Assembly: GCA_052246995.1 (NCBI GenBank)
Contig: JBQPWD010000007.1
Location: 1 to 64,000 of the forward strand
Direction: 5' to 3'
Source: Candidatus Bathyarchaeota archaeon
GTDB taxonomy: Archaea > Thermoproteota > Bathyarchaeia > Hecatellales > Hecatellaceae
Length of the DNA: 64,000 bases
Numbering within the stretch: the stretch's first letter is position 1; each line of letters opens with the position of its first letter. Below, in pieces: positions 19,050-29,485 of the stretch. A program made the position numbers and the translations under genes. Under the pieces are notes generated by a model. That model worked only from the letters and a program-made list of their open reading frames with translations, made no database searches and was not told where the DNA came from.

Positions 19050-21068
19050 TCATTCAGAAAACCTTTTATTTAAAATAAAAGCCTTACCAAAAGGTATTTG
19101 CGACCTAATTTCTTCTAAAGATAAACTTAAAACTTTATCTTTAAAATCCACAGGAACAAGCTCAGCCAGCATTTTCTTAGCTTTTAAAGCTACAGTTTTA
19201 GCATCTTCACCACCAGGGGAAATTTCAACGAAGTATTTAGTCATACTTTCTACAGCTGAGGGAGGTGCAACGTAAACCTTAACCTTACCATCTTCAAAAG
19301 TAACTCCAATTTTAAGTTTTAAAGGTACATTTTTAACATAGTTTCTTACACCAACAATCATAAAGGAACCCTTTGCAAGATATTCTCCTGAAGGAGCAGT
19401 CTTCTTAACTTGTTCAGGACTAACATAGTACACATCTATGGATGAGAACCCCTCCTTCCAAGCTTTACTGTAACATGCTGTAAACTGAGCAGCTTCATAA
19501 ATTGTTTTCTCGGATGGAATTTTACCAGCAGTTTTTATAACTGTAAAGGGGGAACCTGGAATATCTACATGCAAAATTAAGTCTGATTGCTCAACATAAT
19601 GTTTAATTATAGCTTCATTTGATGATGCGTCCTTACCAGATATAACAAGAAAACCTTCAGATGAGAAGAAGAATCTATACTTTTCAAACCATTTTTTCTC
19701 AACAAGCTTTACAGGTTCTTCCTTTTCAAGCTCACTAAGTAAAACACTTTTTTCAAGTTCCTCCATTCTTTTTTTAGTTTCCTCAATTGCTACTTTAAGC
19801 TTTAAAGCCTTCCTACGAAGCTCCTTAGCTTTCTCATAGTATAGGGAAGCATTTTGATGGATACTTTTTTCAATGTTTAGGGAAAAAGTGAGGTTTTCAA
19901 CATCAACCTCTAAAACTTTGTCTTTAACATTCAAGCTTTTAAAGTAAATAAAGGGTTTTTCGCCCAAACTTTTTCTACAAAGAATTTCTTCAGAAACCTT
20001 AACCCAGTCTTTTAAGTCATTTTTAGCCTTGATGATCCAGTTTAAAAGGATTTGAAGTTCATTTAAAAAAGCAAAAATACGCTCCCCAATTTTTTTACAG
20101 TTTTCGGCTTCATTCTCAACTTTTTTAAGTTTTTCAACCTGCTCTTCTAAGATTCTTTTCTGCTCATTTAGCCTTGAAAGAAAAACCTCCTTTTTCCTGA
20201 CTTTTTGTTCTTTAAATGTTAATCCTGTAAAGTATTCATCCAAAACTTCATTAAATGTTGAATAAAATTTAAACTCGTATCCATCATAAATTGAGAGTGG
20301 AAAAGGTAAGAAGTCTATAGGTTCACCGTTAGAGTAAACAATACATGGATGAAGATTGTTTCTTTTTTCAAGAAGCGTCATTAAGGCTTTGTGTATACGC
20401 TGAAAATCTTCAATTCCAAGCATAGAGCAGTCAAGATTTTTCTGTATACCTGCAAGTTTTAAGATCTCCTCAACGTACACTCCTCCAACCCCAAGAAGTC
20501 GTGTAAGAATTCTGATAACCTCACCTTTACTGTTAGTTAGATGTTTAAAGAGTTCATCAGCGTGAAGTTTTTCTGGGTTTAAACTTGATGAAGGTGGAAG
20601 CTTAAAATTTTCATGTGGAATAATTGACCTATCCTTCATTTTCCTGTAAGTTAAAGCATGAAGAATTTTTTCTTCCCCATCAACCAAAACAATGTTTCCT
20701 TTACTAAAAAGCTCAAAAACAAGTTTAAACTTGTTAACACCTTTAACAACATGAAGAATGACCATCCTTTCAAAGTTTGGTTGTTCAACATCTTTAATCA
20801 TCCCGTTTACAAGATATTTTCTAAGGGAAGAACAAAAGGTTGAAGGTTTACTAGGCTTTTTTATTCTATAGCTTGTTAGATGAATTCTTCGACCAGCCTC
20901 AACAAGCAGATACTTTTCAGGGGAAGCAGGCTTGTTAAATCTTAAAAGTATGGACAAATGTTCAGGGTGGTACACGTTCTCAATATAGTAGCCTTTAAGC
21001 TCGTTTCTAAGCTCTGAGCATAAAACTGATACATCAAAACTTGTTAACTGTTTTCTTTGCTCAACCAA
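19050..21068 (-). CDS. rqcH: Ribosome quality control factor Rqc2/NEMF (NFACT family)
   Basis: NFACT-N (ELFSKGNIVL), coiled coil, NFACT-R (WFEKYRFF, GKDASSNE, GEYLAKGSF). Confidence 0.92.
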   Translation of the reverse strand: MVEQRKQLTSFDVSVLCSELRNELKGYYIENVYHPEHLSILLRFNKPASPEKYLLVEAGRRIHLTSYRIKKPSKPSTFCSSLRKYLVNGMIKDVEQPNFERMVILHVVKGVNKFKLVFELFSKGNIVLVDGEEKILHALTYRKMKDRSIIPHENFKLPPSSSLNPEKLHADELFKHLTNSKGEVIRILTRLLGVGGVYVEEILKLAGIQKNLDCSMLGIEDFQRIHKALMTLLEKRNNLHPCIVYSNGEPIDFLPFPLSIYDGYEFKFYSTFNEVLDEYFTGLTFKEQKVRKKEVFLSRLNEQKRILEEQVEKLKKVENEAENCKKIGERIFAFLNELQILLNWIIKAKNDLKDWVKVSEEILCRKSLGEKPFIYFKSLNVKDKVLEVDVENLTFSLNIEKSIHQNASLYYEKAKELRRKALKLKVAIEETKKRMEELEKSVLLSELEKEEPVKLVEKKWFEKYRFFFSSEGFLVISGKDASSNEAIIKHYVEQSDLILHVDIPGSPFTVIKTAGKIPSEKTIYEAAQFTACYSKAWKEGFSSIDVYYVSPEQVKKTAPSGEYLAKGSFMIVGVRNYVKNVPLKLKIGVTFEDGKVKVYVAPPSAVESMTKYFVEISPGGEDAKTVALKAKKMLAELVPVDFKDKVLSLSLEEIRSQIPFGKAFILNKRFSE

Positions 21069-21193
21069 GTCTACGACAACCACTAACAACTGCAAGTTTA
21101 GACATAACTTGGGAAAGCTTTAAGTTTTAACTGCCTAATTGTTTTTATTAGCTATAAGCTTTAAGGTAACGGTTTTAGGAAGGTATGGTTTAA

Positions 21194-21484
21194 ATGAATG
21201 CCAATGAAAAGCTTTGGTGGTTTAGATATACGCTTGCTATTCCAGTCGCAGCTTTATCCACAATTTTAACAGCTAGCGGATTTTTTCAAGAAATGTTCGT
21301 CTTAAACTTTTTTCTAGCAGTATTTTTTTACATTTTAACATATCCTGTAAGCATTTACATCCTAAAAATTACACCCGATAAAACTAAGCGTAAGAGAGAT
21401 CCGGTGCTTTACGGTGTTTTTGCATACTTTATTTCATGGTTCTTCTTTTGGACCTTATTTTACACCCTGGCAAAAATAATATGA
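21194..21484 (+). CDS. EMC6/Rab5ip-like three-TM membrane protein
   Basis: Three hydrophobic helices; C-terminal GVFAYFISWFFFWTLFY resembles the EMC6 G..Y...FWT..Y pattern. Confidence 0.6.
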   Translation: MNANEKLWWFRYTLAIPVAALSTILTASGFFQEMFVLNFFLAVFFYILTYPVSIYILKITPDKTKRKRDPVLYGVFAYFISWFFFWTLFYTLAKII

Positions 21485-21502
21485 GTTTATTAAGAGGTGT
21501 TT

Positions 21503-21880
21503 TTAGTATTTTTCCTTCTTCGCTCCAAAAGTGCTTTCAAGTTTGGTTTGGTTTAATGCTTCCAGGTATCTTGTAAATTCAATCCACGCTGAAAAATATC
21601 CCTTGTCAAACTCTGAAGAGACAACATTTTTTATTCTTCTTTCAAAATCTAATCTTAAGTTTTTAAGATAGTTTTTATCGGGTTTTAGTTTATTAATAAA
21701 GTAGTTGTCATCTTTTGTTTTGTAGGCTGAAATTAAACCTTCTAAGGCTAGAATGTAACCCCTATCCCATTCACTTTTTAGGCTGTTTCCTTTTATCTTT
21801 TCAAGGATTTTCTCAGCATCAGAGTAGTTTCTTTCAACCAAAAAGTCAAAAAATCTTTTAGTAAGAGAAACTAAAGCCAA
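21503..21880 (-). CDS. Conserved hypothetical helical protein downstream of radA
   Basis: Internal repeat EWDRGY / EFDKGY; co-oriented with radA. Confidence 0.7.
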   Translation of the reverse strand: MALVSLTKRFFDFLVERNYSDAEKILEKIKGNSLKSEWDRGYILALEGLISAYKTKDDNYFINKLKPDKNYLKNLRLDFERRIKNVVSSEFDKGYFSAWIEFTRYLEALNQTKLESTFGAKKEKY

Positions 21881-21896
21881 ACCTAATGTTCAACTC

Positions 21897-22880
21897 TTAA
21901 GGTTTTTTCTCAACAACATCCTCAATACCATTTTCAGTAATTCTAAATAAAACTTCCTTACCCTCAGGTAGAATCGGGCTTACAACAAGCCTCGCAATCT
22001 TCATTCCAGGTGTTGGAGATTTTCTTAAGAATACCCTTGTATGGCTTGTATGAGCAAGAACATGACCACCTGTAGGCTCAATGTCGGTAAAAAATGAGTC
22101 AGGTTTAGCCATAACTTGATTTGTAACCACCGCCGCAGCGTTAAATGCTCTAGCAAGCCTTATAAGCTTATGCAAGTGTTTCTCAAGTTTCTGCTGCCTT
22201 TCAGCAAGCATCTCTCTACCAATGTATTCACTTCTAAAGTGGGCGATAAGAGAATCGATGATAACCAGCCTAACGTTATTCTCCTTAAACTGGGTATCAG
22301 CATTTTCAAGCAGGTACATTTGATGGTCAGCGGTTAAAGCTTCAGCATAAACTATTCTACTAAGAACTTTTGCATGGTCAAGTTTCCATTGTTTAGCAAT
22401 CTGAACTATACGTTCAGGCCTAAAACTATTTTCGGTATCTATGTACAAAACTCCACCTTCTAATCCACCCTCATCTCTTGAAAGTTGAGCAGTAACGCAT
22501 AGTTGATGACATATTTGTGATTTTCCAGTTCCAAATTCACCGTAAAACTCGGTTATAGCTTGGGTTTCAATCCCTCCACCAAGAAGTTCGTCAAGTTTTT
22601 TACAGCCGGTTGTAAGCTTTTCAACAGTTTTTCTAAGCTTCATATATTCATCGGCTCTCATAAATGGAATTGAAATAAGATACTTTCTAGCTTCAGTTAT
22701 AATCGAATATGCTGTTTTTTCGCCTAAAAATTGGGTAAGCTCCTTAAGACTTGCTGTGGCAAGGGCTTCTACTGTTGAATAACCCATTTTCCTAAGTTTT
22801 TCAGCTGTAGCAGGACCTATACCTGGAATATCTTCAATATCTCTATACCTGGTTTCATGTTTAGGTGATTCTTCACCCAT
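21897..22880 (-). CDS. radA: DNA repair and recombination protein RadA
   Basis: HhH IPGIGP, GEFGTGKSQ, YIDTENSFRPER, GGHVLAH. Confidence 0.96.
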   Translation of the reverse strand: MGEESPKHETRYRDIEDIPGIGPATAEKLRKMGYSTVEALATASLKELTQFLGEKTAYSIITEARKYLISIPFMRADEYMKLRKTVEKLTTGCKKLDELLGGGIETQAITEFYGEFGTGKSQICHQLCVTAQLSRDEGGLEGGVLYIDTENSFRPERIVQIAKQWKLDHAKVLSRIVYAEALTADHQMYLLENADTQFKENNVRLVIIDSLIAHFRSEYIGREMLAERQQKLEKHLHKLIRLARAFNAAAVVTNQVMAKPDSFFTDIEPTGGHVLAHTSHTRVFLRKSPTPGMKIARLVVSPILPEGKEVLFRITENGIEDVVEKKP

Positions 22881-22982
22881 TTTAAGCTCCCTAAAGAGGA
22901 AACATCACCTGTAATATTTAAATAGTTTTAGCTCTTAAGGAAGAGGTGAAAATGAAAGTATTACTTTAATGGTGATTTAAAT

Positions 22983-23849
22983 TTGAAGCTTAATATTAAA
23001 ACTGTTGAAGAAATCGGCTTAAACCTTCTAGCTAAGGCTGCAACAAGACTTCCTGACGAAGTTATAGAGGCCTTAAAAATTGCATATGAATCTGAAGAGA
23101 ACTTGACAGCAAAAACCGAACTTAAAAATATTCTAGATAATGTGGAAGCTGCAAAAAAGCTGCAAAAACCACTATGTCAAGATACAGGATTAATTTCCTT
23201 TTATATTAAAGGTAGAGAAATTGAAAATTTTTTGGATGTTGTTGAAGCCCTTAAAAAAGCTACAACTAAAGCCACGGAGCAAGTTCCTTTAAGACCAAAT
23301 GCTGTTCATCCTTTAACAAGAAAAAATACTGGAAACAATGTTGGTGAATACATCCCAAACATTAACTGGATTTATAGCGAAGCAGACCATGCTGAAATTA
23401 CAGTTTTCCTTAAAGGAGCAGGTTCAGAAAACATGAGTAAGTTAGAAATGATTACACCTGGACTTGGTATTAAAGGTGTTAAAAAGTTTATTGTTGATTT
23501 TGTTGTTAAGGCTGGGGCTCAACCATGTCCACCAATCTTTGTGGGTGTTGGAATAGGTGGGACAATAGACCTAGCAGCAAAACTTGCAAAAATAGCTTTA
23601 CTAAGACCTTTTAAAAGTAGAAACCCAGATAAAGATGTTGCTAAACTTGAAGATGAGCTTTTAACGCTCATAAATCAAACAGGTATTGGACCTATGGGTC
23701 TTGGTGGAAAAACAACAGCACTGGATGTTAGAGTTGATTTTGCCCATTGTCACACTGCAAGTTTACCTGTATGTGTAAACATTCAATGCTGGGCTCATCG
23801 TAAAGCATCAGCAAGAATATATGGTGATGGCTCTGTTGAGTATATTTAA
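22983..23849 (+). CDS. Fe-S fumarate hydratase/tartrate dehydratase alpha subunit
   Basis: CQDTG, KGAGSEN, PCPP, GIGPMGLGG, CHTAS. Confidence 0.93.
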   Translation: MKLNIKTVEEIGLNLLAKAATRLPDEVIEALKIAYESEENLTAKTELKNILDNVEAAKKLQKPLCQDTGLISFYIKGREIENFLDVVEALKKATTKATEQVPLRPNAVHPLTRKNTGNNVGEYIPNINWIYSEADHAEITVFLKGAGSENMSKLEMITPGLGIKGVKKFIVDFVVKAGAQPCPPIFVGVGIGGTIDLAAKLAKIALLRPFKSRNPDKDVAKLEDELLTLINQTGIGPMGLGGKTTALDVRVDFAHCHTASLPVCVNIQCWAHRKASARIYGDGSVEYI

Positions 23850-23869
23850 AGGAGAGGAGGTATCCAAAA

Positions 23870-24466
23870 ATGGTTGAATATAGATTAAAAACGCCCATAA
23901 GTGAGGAGGAGGCTAGAAAACTCAACGTTGGAGACGTAGTTTACATTACTGGAAAAATTTATGGTGCTAGGGATCAAGCTCATAGGAGAATTTTAGAATA
24001 TGTTGAGAAGGGTTTAAAAATACCGGTAGATTTAAACGGTTCAGTAATCTTCCACGTTGGACCAATAGTTAAGAAGCAAGATGATAAGTGGTTTGTTATT
24101 TCAGCTGGACCTACAACAAGTACAAGAATGAACATTACAACACCAAAACTTCTAGAAAATTTTGCTGTAAGAATCATTATCGGTAAGGGAGGAATGAGTA
24201 AGGAAGTTGTTGAGGCATTGAAGCGTAGAGGGGCAGTGTACTGTCACTTTACAGGTGGTGCTGGAGTTTTGGCTACAAAAGCTGTTAAAAATGTTGAGGG
24301 TGTTGACTGGCTCGACCTAGGAATACCTGAAGCGTTATGGAGGTTTGAAGTTGAAAACTTTGGCCCTGTGATAGTTACCATAGACTCTAAGGGCAGAAGT
24401 ATCTACGAAACTGTTGAAAAAAGTGTTGAGAAAAATCTTGAAAAAATTTACCAGCAAATAGGTTAA
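23870..24466 (+). CDS. Fe-S fumarate hydratase/tartrate dehydratase beta subunit
   Basis: ARDQAH, GPTTSTRM, GKGG, DLGIPEA. Confidence 0.93.
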   Translation: MVEYRLKTPISEEEARKLNVGDVVYITGKIYGARDQAHRRILEYVEKGLKIPVDLNGSVIFHVGPIVKKQDDKWFVISAGPTTSTRMNITTPKLLENFAVRIIIGKGGMSKEVVEALKRRGAVYCHFTGGAGVLATKAVKNVEGVDWLDLGIPEALWRFEVENFGPVIVTIDSKGRSIYETVEKSVEKNLEKIYQQIG

Positions 24467-24529
24467 AAAAGCTTCCAAAATCACTTTAAACATAAATTTT
24501 TGTGAAGTATAGTAGACTACAGAATTAGC

Positions 24530-25300
24530 ATGTCGGTTTTAACCTACAATTCTCCAAGTTTAGAGGATTCCCTACATATTATTAGGAATGCGTTATCAAA
24601 GCATATGCTAACAGTCATATTTGGAAATTGTAAAATTACATACAACGGAAGAGCTTCCTCCACTCTTGAATGGGGAGTAAGACTTACAATCCTAAAAACC
24701 GACGGCTCTGTTCTTGTTCACCGTCCAGCAGGATACGAACCTGTAAACTGGCAACCTCCAGGTTCAACTCTTAGAGTTGAATTTTTAGAGAATAATCTTA
24801 AACTTACAGCTACAAGAAATCAGCCAAGAGAAATCTTAAGCATATTTTTTAGCCAAATACACTATATACTTACCTCAAATTTAACGGATACTGGCGAATT
24901 TTCTCTTTATGTTTCTGAGCTTGACATGAAAAAAGCAATATTAGCTTCACCAAACCTTATTGAGGAGGGTTTTCATCCGCTTTCCGCCGAGAAGGATACC
25001 GGAGAAGCTGGTCTTGTTGACGTTTTTGGGGAGGATAAAAACGGAAACTTTGTTATAGTTGAGGTTAAAAGAACTCAAGCTGGAAAAGATGCTGTTTTGC
25101 AGCTTAAGCGTTATGTTGATGCCTTAAAAGAGAAGTTTAGTAGACCATTACGGGGCATACTCGTAGCACCTGAAATCCAGAAAGAGGCGCAGTTTCTGTT
25201 AGCAGCAAATAATCTTGAATTTAAACAGTTATCGCCAAAAACGTGTTACGACGTTTTAAAAACATTTAAAGTGAAAAAGCTTAGCGAATTTTTAACCTAG
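24530..25300 (+). CDS. nucS: Mismatch endonuclease NucS/EndoMS
   Basis: YNGRASS, KTDGSVLVH, PVNWQPPG, EVKR...QLKRY. Confidence 0.94.
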   Translation: MSVLTYNSPSLEDSLHIIRNALSKHMLTVIFGNCKITYNGRASSTLEWGVRLTILKTDGSVLVHRPAGYEPVNWQPPGSTLRVEFLENNLKLTATRNQPREILSIFFSQIHYILTSNLTDTGEFSLYVSELDMKKAILASPNLIEEGFHPLSAEKDTGEAGLVDVFGEDKNGNFVIVEVKRTQAGKDAVLQLKRYVDALKEKFSRPLRGILVAPEIQKEAQFLLAANNLEFKQLSPKTCYDVLKTFKVKKLSEFLT

Positions 25301-25314
25301 ATTTTCTAGTTAAA

Positions 25315-25920
25315 TTGGGTAAATATAAAAATTCATGCACCTCTTCAACCTACAAGACAATTAAAGGAGTTAAAAACTTCTACAACAAAATTGCAGACTC
25401 CTATGATGCTCTTTACAAGGATGAGCAAAAAGAAAAGTATGACCTAACATTAACATTGTTAAACAACAAAAAACTTAGGGGAAACATTTTAGATGCAGGT
25501 TGCGGTACAGGACTTTTTGAAGAATTTTTCAGGTCAGAAAAGAAAAACTTAGCCTTTTTTTGTGTTGATGTTTCGGATGCTCTCTTACGAAAATTAAAAT
25601 TTAAACATAAAATTAAGAACAAAAATATTAACGTTTTTTTGGTATGTTGCAACTTGCACAACTTGCCATTTAGAAGCAATATTTTTGATTACTGCTTAAT
25701 GTTTACGGTTCTTCAAAATTTACCAAAACCACTCTTAGCATTAAAAGAAGTTAAAAGGACACTAAAAAAGGGTGCATGCATTGTGGTTACGGGTTTAAAG
25801 GTCAAATATACGCCTGTAAAACTTCAAAAAATTCTTCTAAAAGCAGGGTTTAAAAGCAAAGTTGTCAATAATTTCGCATTAAGAGAGTATATTGCTGTTG
25901 GAAAAACGGAAGAATGTTGA
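25315..25920 (+). CDS. Class I SAM-dependent methyltransferase
   Basis: ILDAGCGTG motif I, LPFRSNIFD. Confidence 0.85.
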   Translation: MGKYKNSCTSSTYKTIKGVKNFYNKIADSYDALYKDEQKEKYDLTLTLLNNKKLRGNILDAGCGTGLFEEFFRSEKKNLAFFCVDVSDALLRKLKFKHKIKNKNINVFLVCCNLHNLPFRSNIFDYCLMFTVLQNLPKPLLALKEVKRTLKKGACIVVTGLKVKYTPVKLQKILLKAGFKSKVVNNFALREYIAVGKTEEC

Positions 25921-25932
25921 TAGTGGATGATG

Positions 25933-26433
25933 TTAAAGTTTCCCTTTTAAATGTGCTTTTAAATACCTTCCACCAATCATCATAACCATCTTTTTATCAT
26001 TCTTTATCACTGGATGGTGGGGGTCAACTAAGATGACTTCAAACCACTTATATTTTCCATCTTTCCAGATCCAGTAGCTACCTAAAACTTTAAGATTTGG
26101 ATACTTCCGTGCAACTCTTTCTTCAGCTATTTGCTGAAGGCTTTTTGCAGGAGTATGTTTTAAAACTCCCATAGCTTTTTGCCTTCTTCCAGCTCTAGGT
26201 CTAAGCTTTCTTAGTCCTCCACGTCTGACCCTAACCCTAACAACAACAAAGCCCTGTTTAGCTTTGTAGCCTAATGCTCTAGCCCTATCAAGCCTCAAAG
26301 GTTTTTTAACTCGAGTGATTGCAGGGCCACGACGCCAGACAATTGCACGCTGACGAATAATTTCAGTTAAACTAGATTTTAAAGGTTTTTTCCACATCTC
26401 TCCTAAATACTTGTACATTGAAGACGTAACCAT
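25933..26433 (-). CDS. rpl15e: 50S ribosomal protein L15e
   Basis: [35 protein letters not shown]. Confidence 0.96.
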   Translation of the reverse strand: MVTSSMYKYLGEMWKKPLKSSLTEIIRQRAIVWRRGPAITRVKKPLRLDRARALGYKAKQGFVVVRVRVRRGGLRKLRPRAGRRQKAMGVLKHTPAKSLQQIAEERVARKYPNLKVLGSYWIWKDGKYKWFEVILVDPHHPVIKNDKKMVMMIGGRYLKAHLKGKL

Positions 26434-26610
26434 CAACTCCAACTGTTTCAAGTATAAGGTTTTACGCATAAAAGCTGATAAATTTTACTTTTACTTTAAT
26501 AAACTTATATATAAGGTATGAAGGTTGTGGTTAAAATTTATATTTGACGGTTCATATATTTATGGTACAGACAAGAATTAACAAAAAGAAAAACCTTGAT
26601 GTGGTAAAAT

Positions 26611-26994
26611 ATGACGAGGAAAAACAGCAACCTTGAGTACAGAGTTTTACAAATGATTAAAGATGGAGGCCCGGAGGGAATTCTACAAAGCCAACTCTGG
26701 AAAAGCATTAAAGCCACAAGCAGAGAGGGTTCACGGATATCGTTAAAACTTGAAAAAGCTGGGCTCATTGAGAGACATAGGGTTCTTCATGAAGGGAAAT
26801 GGACATATAAGCTTGTTGCCAAGAAAAGGAGTATAAACATAAACTCCATTATTGACATTCCATGCGCATTTTGCGTGGAACAAGCTAAATGTGATGTTGG
26901 TAGTGAAATATCTCCATTAACCTGCAAAAAGCTTTCATCTTGGGTTGAAAAAGCTGCCTATGAGTACAACCACGAATTTGAAGAGTCATCTTAA
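26611..26994 (+). CDS. TFE beta / RPC34-like winged-helix protein with C-terminal FeS motif
   Basis: GILQSQLWK..SREGSR wHTH followed by PCAFC-x5-C-x10-C. Confidence 0.8.
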   Translation: MTRKNSNLEYRVLQMIKDGGPEGILQSQLWKSIKATSREGSRISLKLEKAGLIERHRVLHEGKWTYKLVAKKRSININSIIDIPCAFCVEQAKCDVGSEISPLTCKKLSSWVEKAAYEYNHEFEESS

Positions 26995-27165
26995 ATAGAA
27001 AGAATTTTTAGCAGATTTTGCTAGATAACCTCTTCCACCCTATAAACCTTTAGATTGGGATGTTAAATCAGCTTTATCTAAATCGTTTAATGTTTATTTT
27101 CAAGCTATTTATAAAGGATTTTGGATATTAACTTTGGTGATGTTAAGCTTAACTGGGAGATTGCT

Positions 27166-27792
27166 TTGAGTTGGCTTGAAAGACGCAAAAGAGATTTTTT
27201 CTACAAAAAATCTAAGCTTGAGGGTTATAGGAGTAGAGCGGCTTATAAGCTTCTTCAAGCAAATAAAAGTTATCATTTTATAAAACCTGGAGATGTTGTA
27301 GCAGATTTAGGATGTGCTCCTGGTGGATGGCTTCAAGTTGCTGTAAAGGTTGTAGGTTTAAAAGGAAGGGTTTTTGGTGTTGATGTTAAACCCATAAAAC
27401 CCTTAAACATGGAAAATATTAAATTTCTTTTGGATGATGTTTCAAACCCCGAGCTTCCAGAAAAACTTTTAAAGCTTGCAGGAAAAAATTTTGACGTTGT
27501 ACTCTCAGATTTGTCACCAAATCTTACTGGAATTTGGGAAGTCGACCATGCCAGACAGATAGACCTTGCTGAAAAAGCATACAAAATTGCATACTTAATT
27601 TTAAAAAACAATGGGACATTTTTTACTAAGGTTTTTGATGGTCCATACCTAAAGGACTTTATACATAAAGTTAAGAAAAACTTTAAAGATGTTAAAATTT
27701 TAAAGCCTAAAGCAAGCAGACCTGAAAGTGCTGAGCTATACATCCTAGCAAAAGGGTTTAGTGGAGAAGTTTTCAGGGAAAAATCTAAGTAA
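27166..27792 (+). CDS. rlmE: 23S rRNA Um2552 2'-O-methyltransferase RlmE/FtsJ
   Basis: GYRSRAAYKL, DLGCAPGGW, SDLSP, KPKASR. Confidence 0.95.
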   Translation: MSWLERRKRDFFYKKSKLEGYRSRAAYKLLQANKSYHFIKPGDVVADLGCAPGGWLQVAVKVVGLKGRVFGVDVKPIKPLNMENIKFLLDDVSNPELPEKLLKLAGKNFDVVLSDLSPNLTGIWEVDHARQIDLAEKAYKIAYLILKNNGTFFTKVFDGPYLKDFIHKVKKNFKDVKILKPKASRPESAELYILAKGFSGEVFREKSK

Positions 27793-28968
27793 ATTTTTTT
27801 TAAGAACATTTACCGGTGCATCTGTTTTAAAGCCTTGAGGGTTAAAATGAGTTAACGTTACATTAAAACCTGCTTCTTTAATCATACCCAAGAAAGCTTT
27901 AAGCGGGGGAGTAGGTTTACCCATCAAGTCACAAAGCGTGTTTATAGTGTAGTAGGTTGGTGGAGAATCAATTTCAGCTAAGATTTTTTCAACAACCATC
28001 ATTATACGCTTAGGTTTAGATAAAGGCTTTTTTTTAGTAAGCATAGCAACCTTTTCAACAATTTTTCGAGCCCAAAGTTTACCAAGCCAAACAGGACCTG
28101 CAAACTTCATTAATCTTCCGCAAACATCGCATGTAAGATCTGCTTTCTGGAGAAAGCCATAAAAAACTTTTCTGTTTAAACAGTTAAAGCAATGTAAAAT
28201 ATAGCCTATATCATTTTTCAAGGATTCATCAACAATTTTAGCTCCTCTAAAAACTTCAACATAAACTCTGATATAATGGTCTGTTGAATGTGTAAAAATT
28301 GGCTTAACTGCAAGGTCCATTTTTGCTGCCGAGAAAGCTATGGATGCCAGAAGGATTCTTGCAGCTAGTTCATGACAATATTCTGTTCTTAACGGTTTTG
28401 CCCAGTAATGTCGTATACACGCCTGTTTATGAATACCGCATAAAACAGCCATATCTGTTGCTGTTACAGACAAAAGTCCGCCAATTTTTAAAGCTCTTAA
28501 TGCGAGGTCAAGGTAGAGGCTTGGAGAACCAAATGGATCTATATCTATCACATCAAACCTTAAACCCCTTTTTACATGTTTAGCAAGCAAAAAATTTGCA
28601 TCTTCATTGTAGACCTCAACCTTATCCTCAACCATATTTTTCCGGACATTTTCAATTATTAAATTGTAAGCTTTAGGGTTCAAATCGTTTAAAACAATTC
28701 TGTTAATACCCTCAACCTCTTTTGCAAACCTAATTCCTCTAACACCACAACCAGCCAAAGGTTCGCATACAACTAGCATATTGGACTTTTCAGATTGATA
28801 TGCCTGCAAAACCAAAACCGCAAAATCACGATTTAAGCTCATGATGGGATTATAGAATACTGGAAGACGTGATGTTGGAGGCTTCTCCTTTGATGTGGCT
28901 TCTACCGGTACAAATACTTCAACACTTCCCTCCCTAACGGAGATGACAGGAAAATCAAAATCCCTCAT
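27745..28968 (-). CDS. trm1: tRNA (guanine26-N2)-dimethyltransferase Trm1
   Basis: VFYNP, GVRGIR, DIDPFGSP, TATD, GPVWLG. Confidence 0.95.
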   Translation of the reverse strand: MRDFDFPVISVREGSVEVFVPVEATSKEKPPTSRLPVFYNPIMSLNRDFAVLVLQAYQSEKSNMLVVCEPLAGCGVRGIRFAKEVEGINRIVLNDLNPKAYNLIIENVRKNMVEDKVEVYNEDANFLLAKHVKRGLRFDVIDIDPFGSPSLYLDLALRALKIGGLLSVTATDMAVLCGIHKQACIRHYWAKPLRTEYCHELAARILLASIAFSAAKMDLAVKPIFTHSTDHYIRVYVEVFRGAKIVDESLKNDIGYILHCFNCLNRKVFYGFLQKADLTCDVCGRLMKFAGPVWLGKLWARKIVEKVAMLTKKKPLSKPKRIMMVVEKILAEIDSPPTYYTINTLCDLMGKPTPPLKAFLGMIKEAGFNVTLTHFNPQGFKTDAPVNVLKKNLLRFFPENFSTKPFC

Positions 28969-29050
28969 TATTTATCAACCTTTTAACGAAAAGATTTAGT
29001 ATTAAGAATGTTATAAAAAGTAGATGTAAAGGTTTAATGGTTATTTTGAG

Positions 29051-29485
29051 ATGAAAAATCTCTTAAGAAGCAAACCCTCTGAGGCAGAATGGAAACGTAA
29101 AAAGTTCGAAGAATTAATGCTATTCTTGGATAAGCTTAAGGAAAAGTGTGAGGAAGGAGCCATTATCATTGTTGAAGGTTGGAGAGATGCTGAAGCTTTA
29201 AAAAGTTTAGGGGTAGATGGAGAATTCTGCTGCATTAAGAACACTAGAATTCCTATTTGCGACCTACTAATCGAATATGCTAATATAAACAGAGAAATAA
29301 TAGTTTTAACAGATTTTGATAGGGACGGGGTTAAGCTTGCAGAAAAAATAAGAAGATACCTTGAAAGTTACGGTAAAACAGTAAACCTTAACTTTTGGTT
29401 AAAAATTGGCAGTTTAATTTCTAAAGAGGTTAAAGACGTGGAGGGTTTATCCTCCTATTTTAGGAATATTTTAGAAAAAAATTAA
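29051..29485 (+). CDS. Small TOPRIM-domain protein
   Basis: IIVEGWRD, LTDFDRDG. Confidence 0.9.
   Translation: MKNLLRSKPSEAEWKRKKFEELMLFLDKLKEKCEEGAIIIVEGWRDAEALKSLGVDGEFCCIKNTRIPICDLLIEYANINREIIVLTDFDRDGVKLAEKIRRYLESYGKTVNLNFWLKIGSLISKEVKDVEGLSSYFRNILEKN

Noticed and set aside
4641-22880. Inteins in top6B, infB or radA
   Set aside because: All are normal length with continuous motifs.
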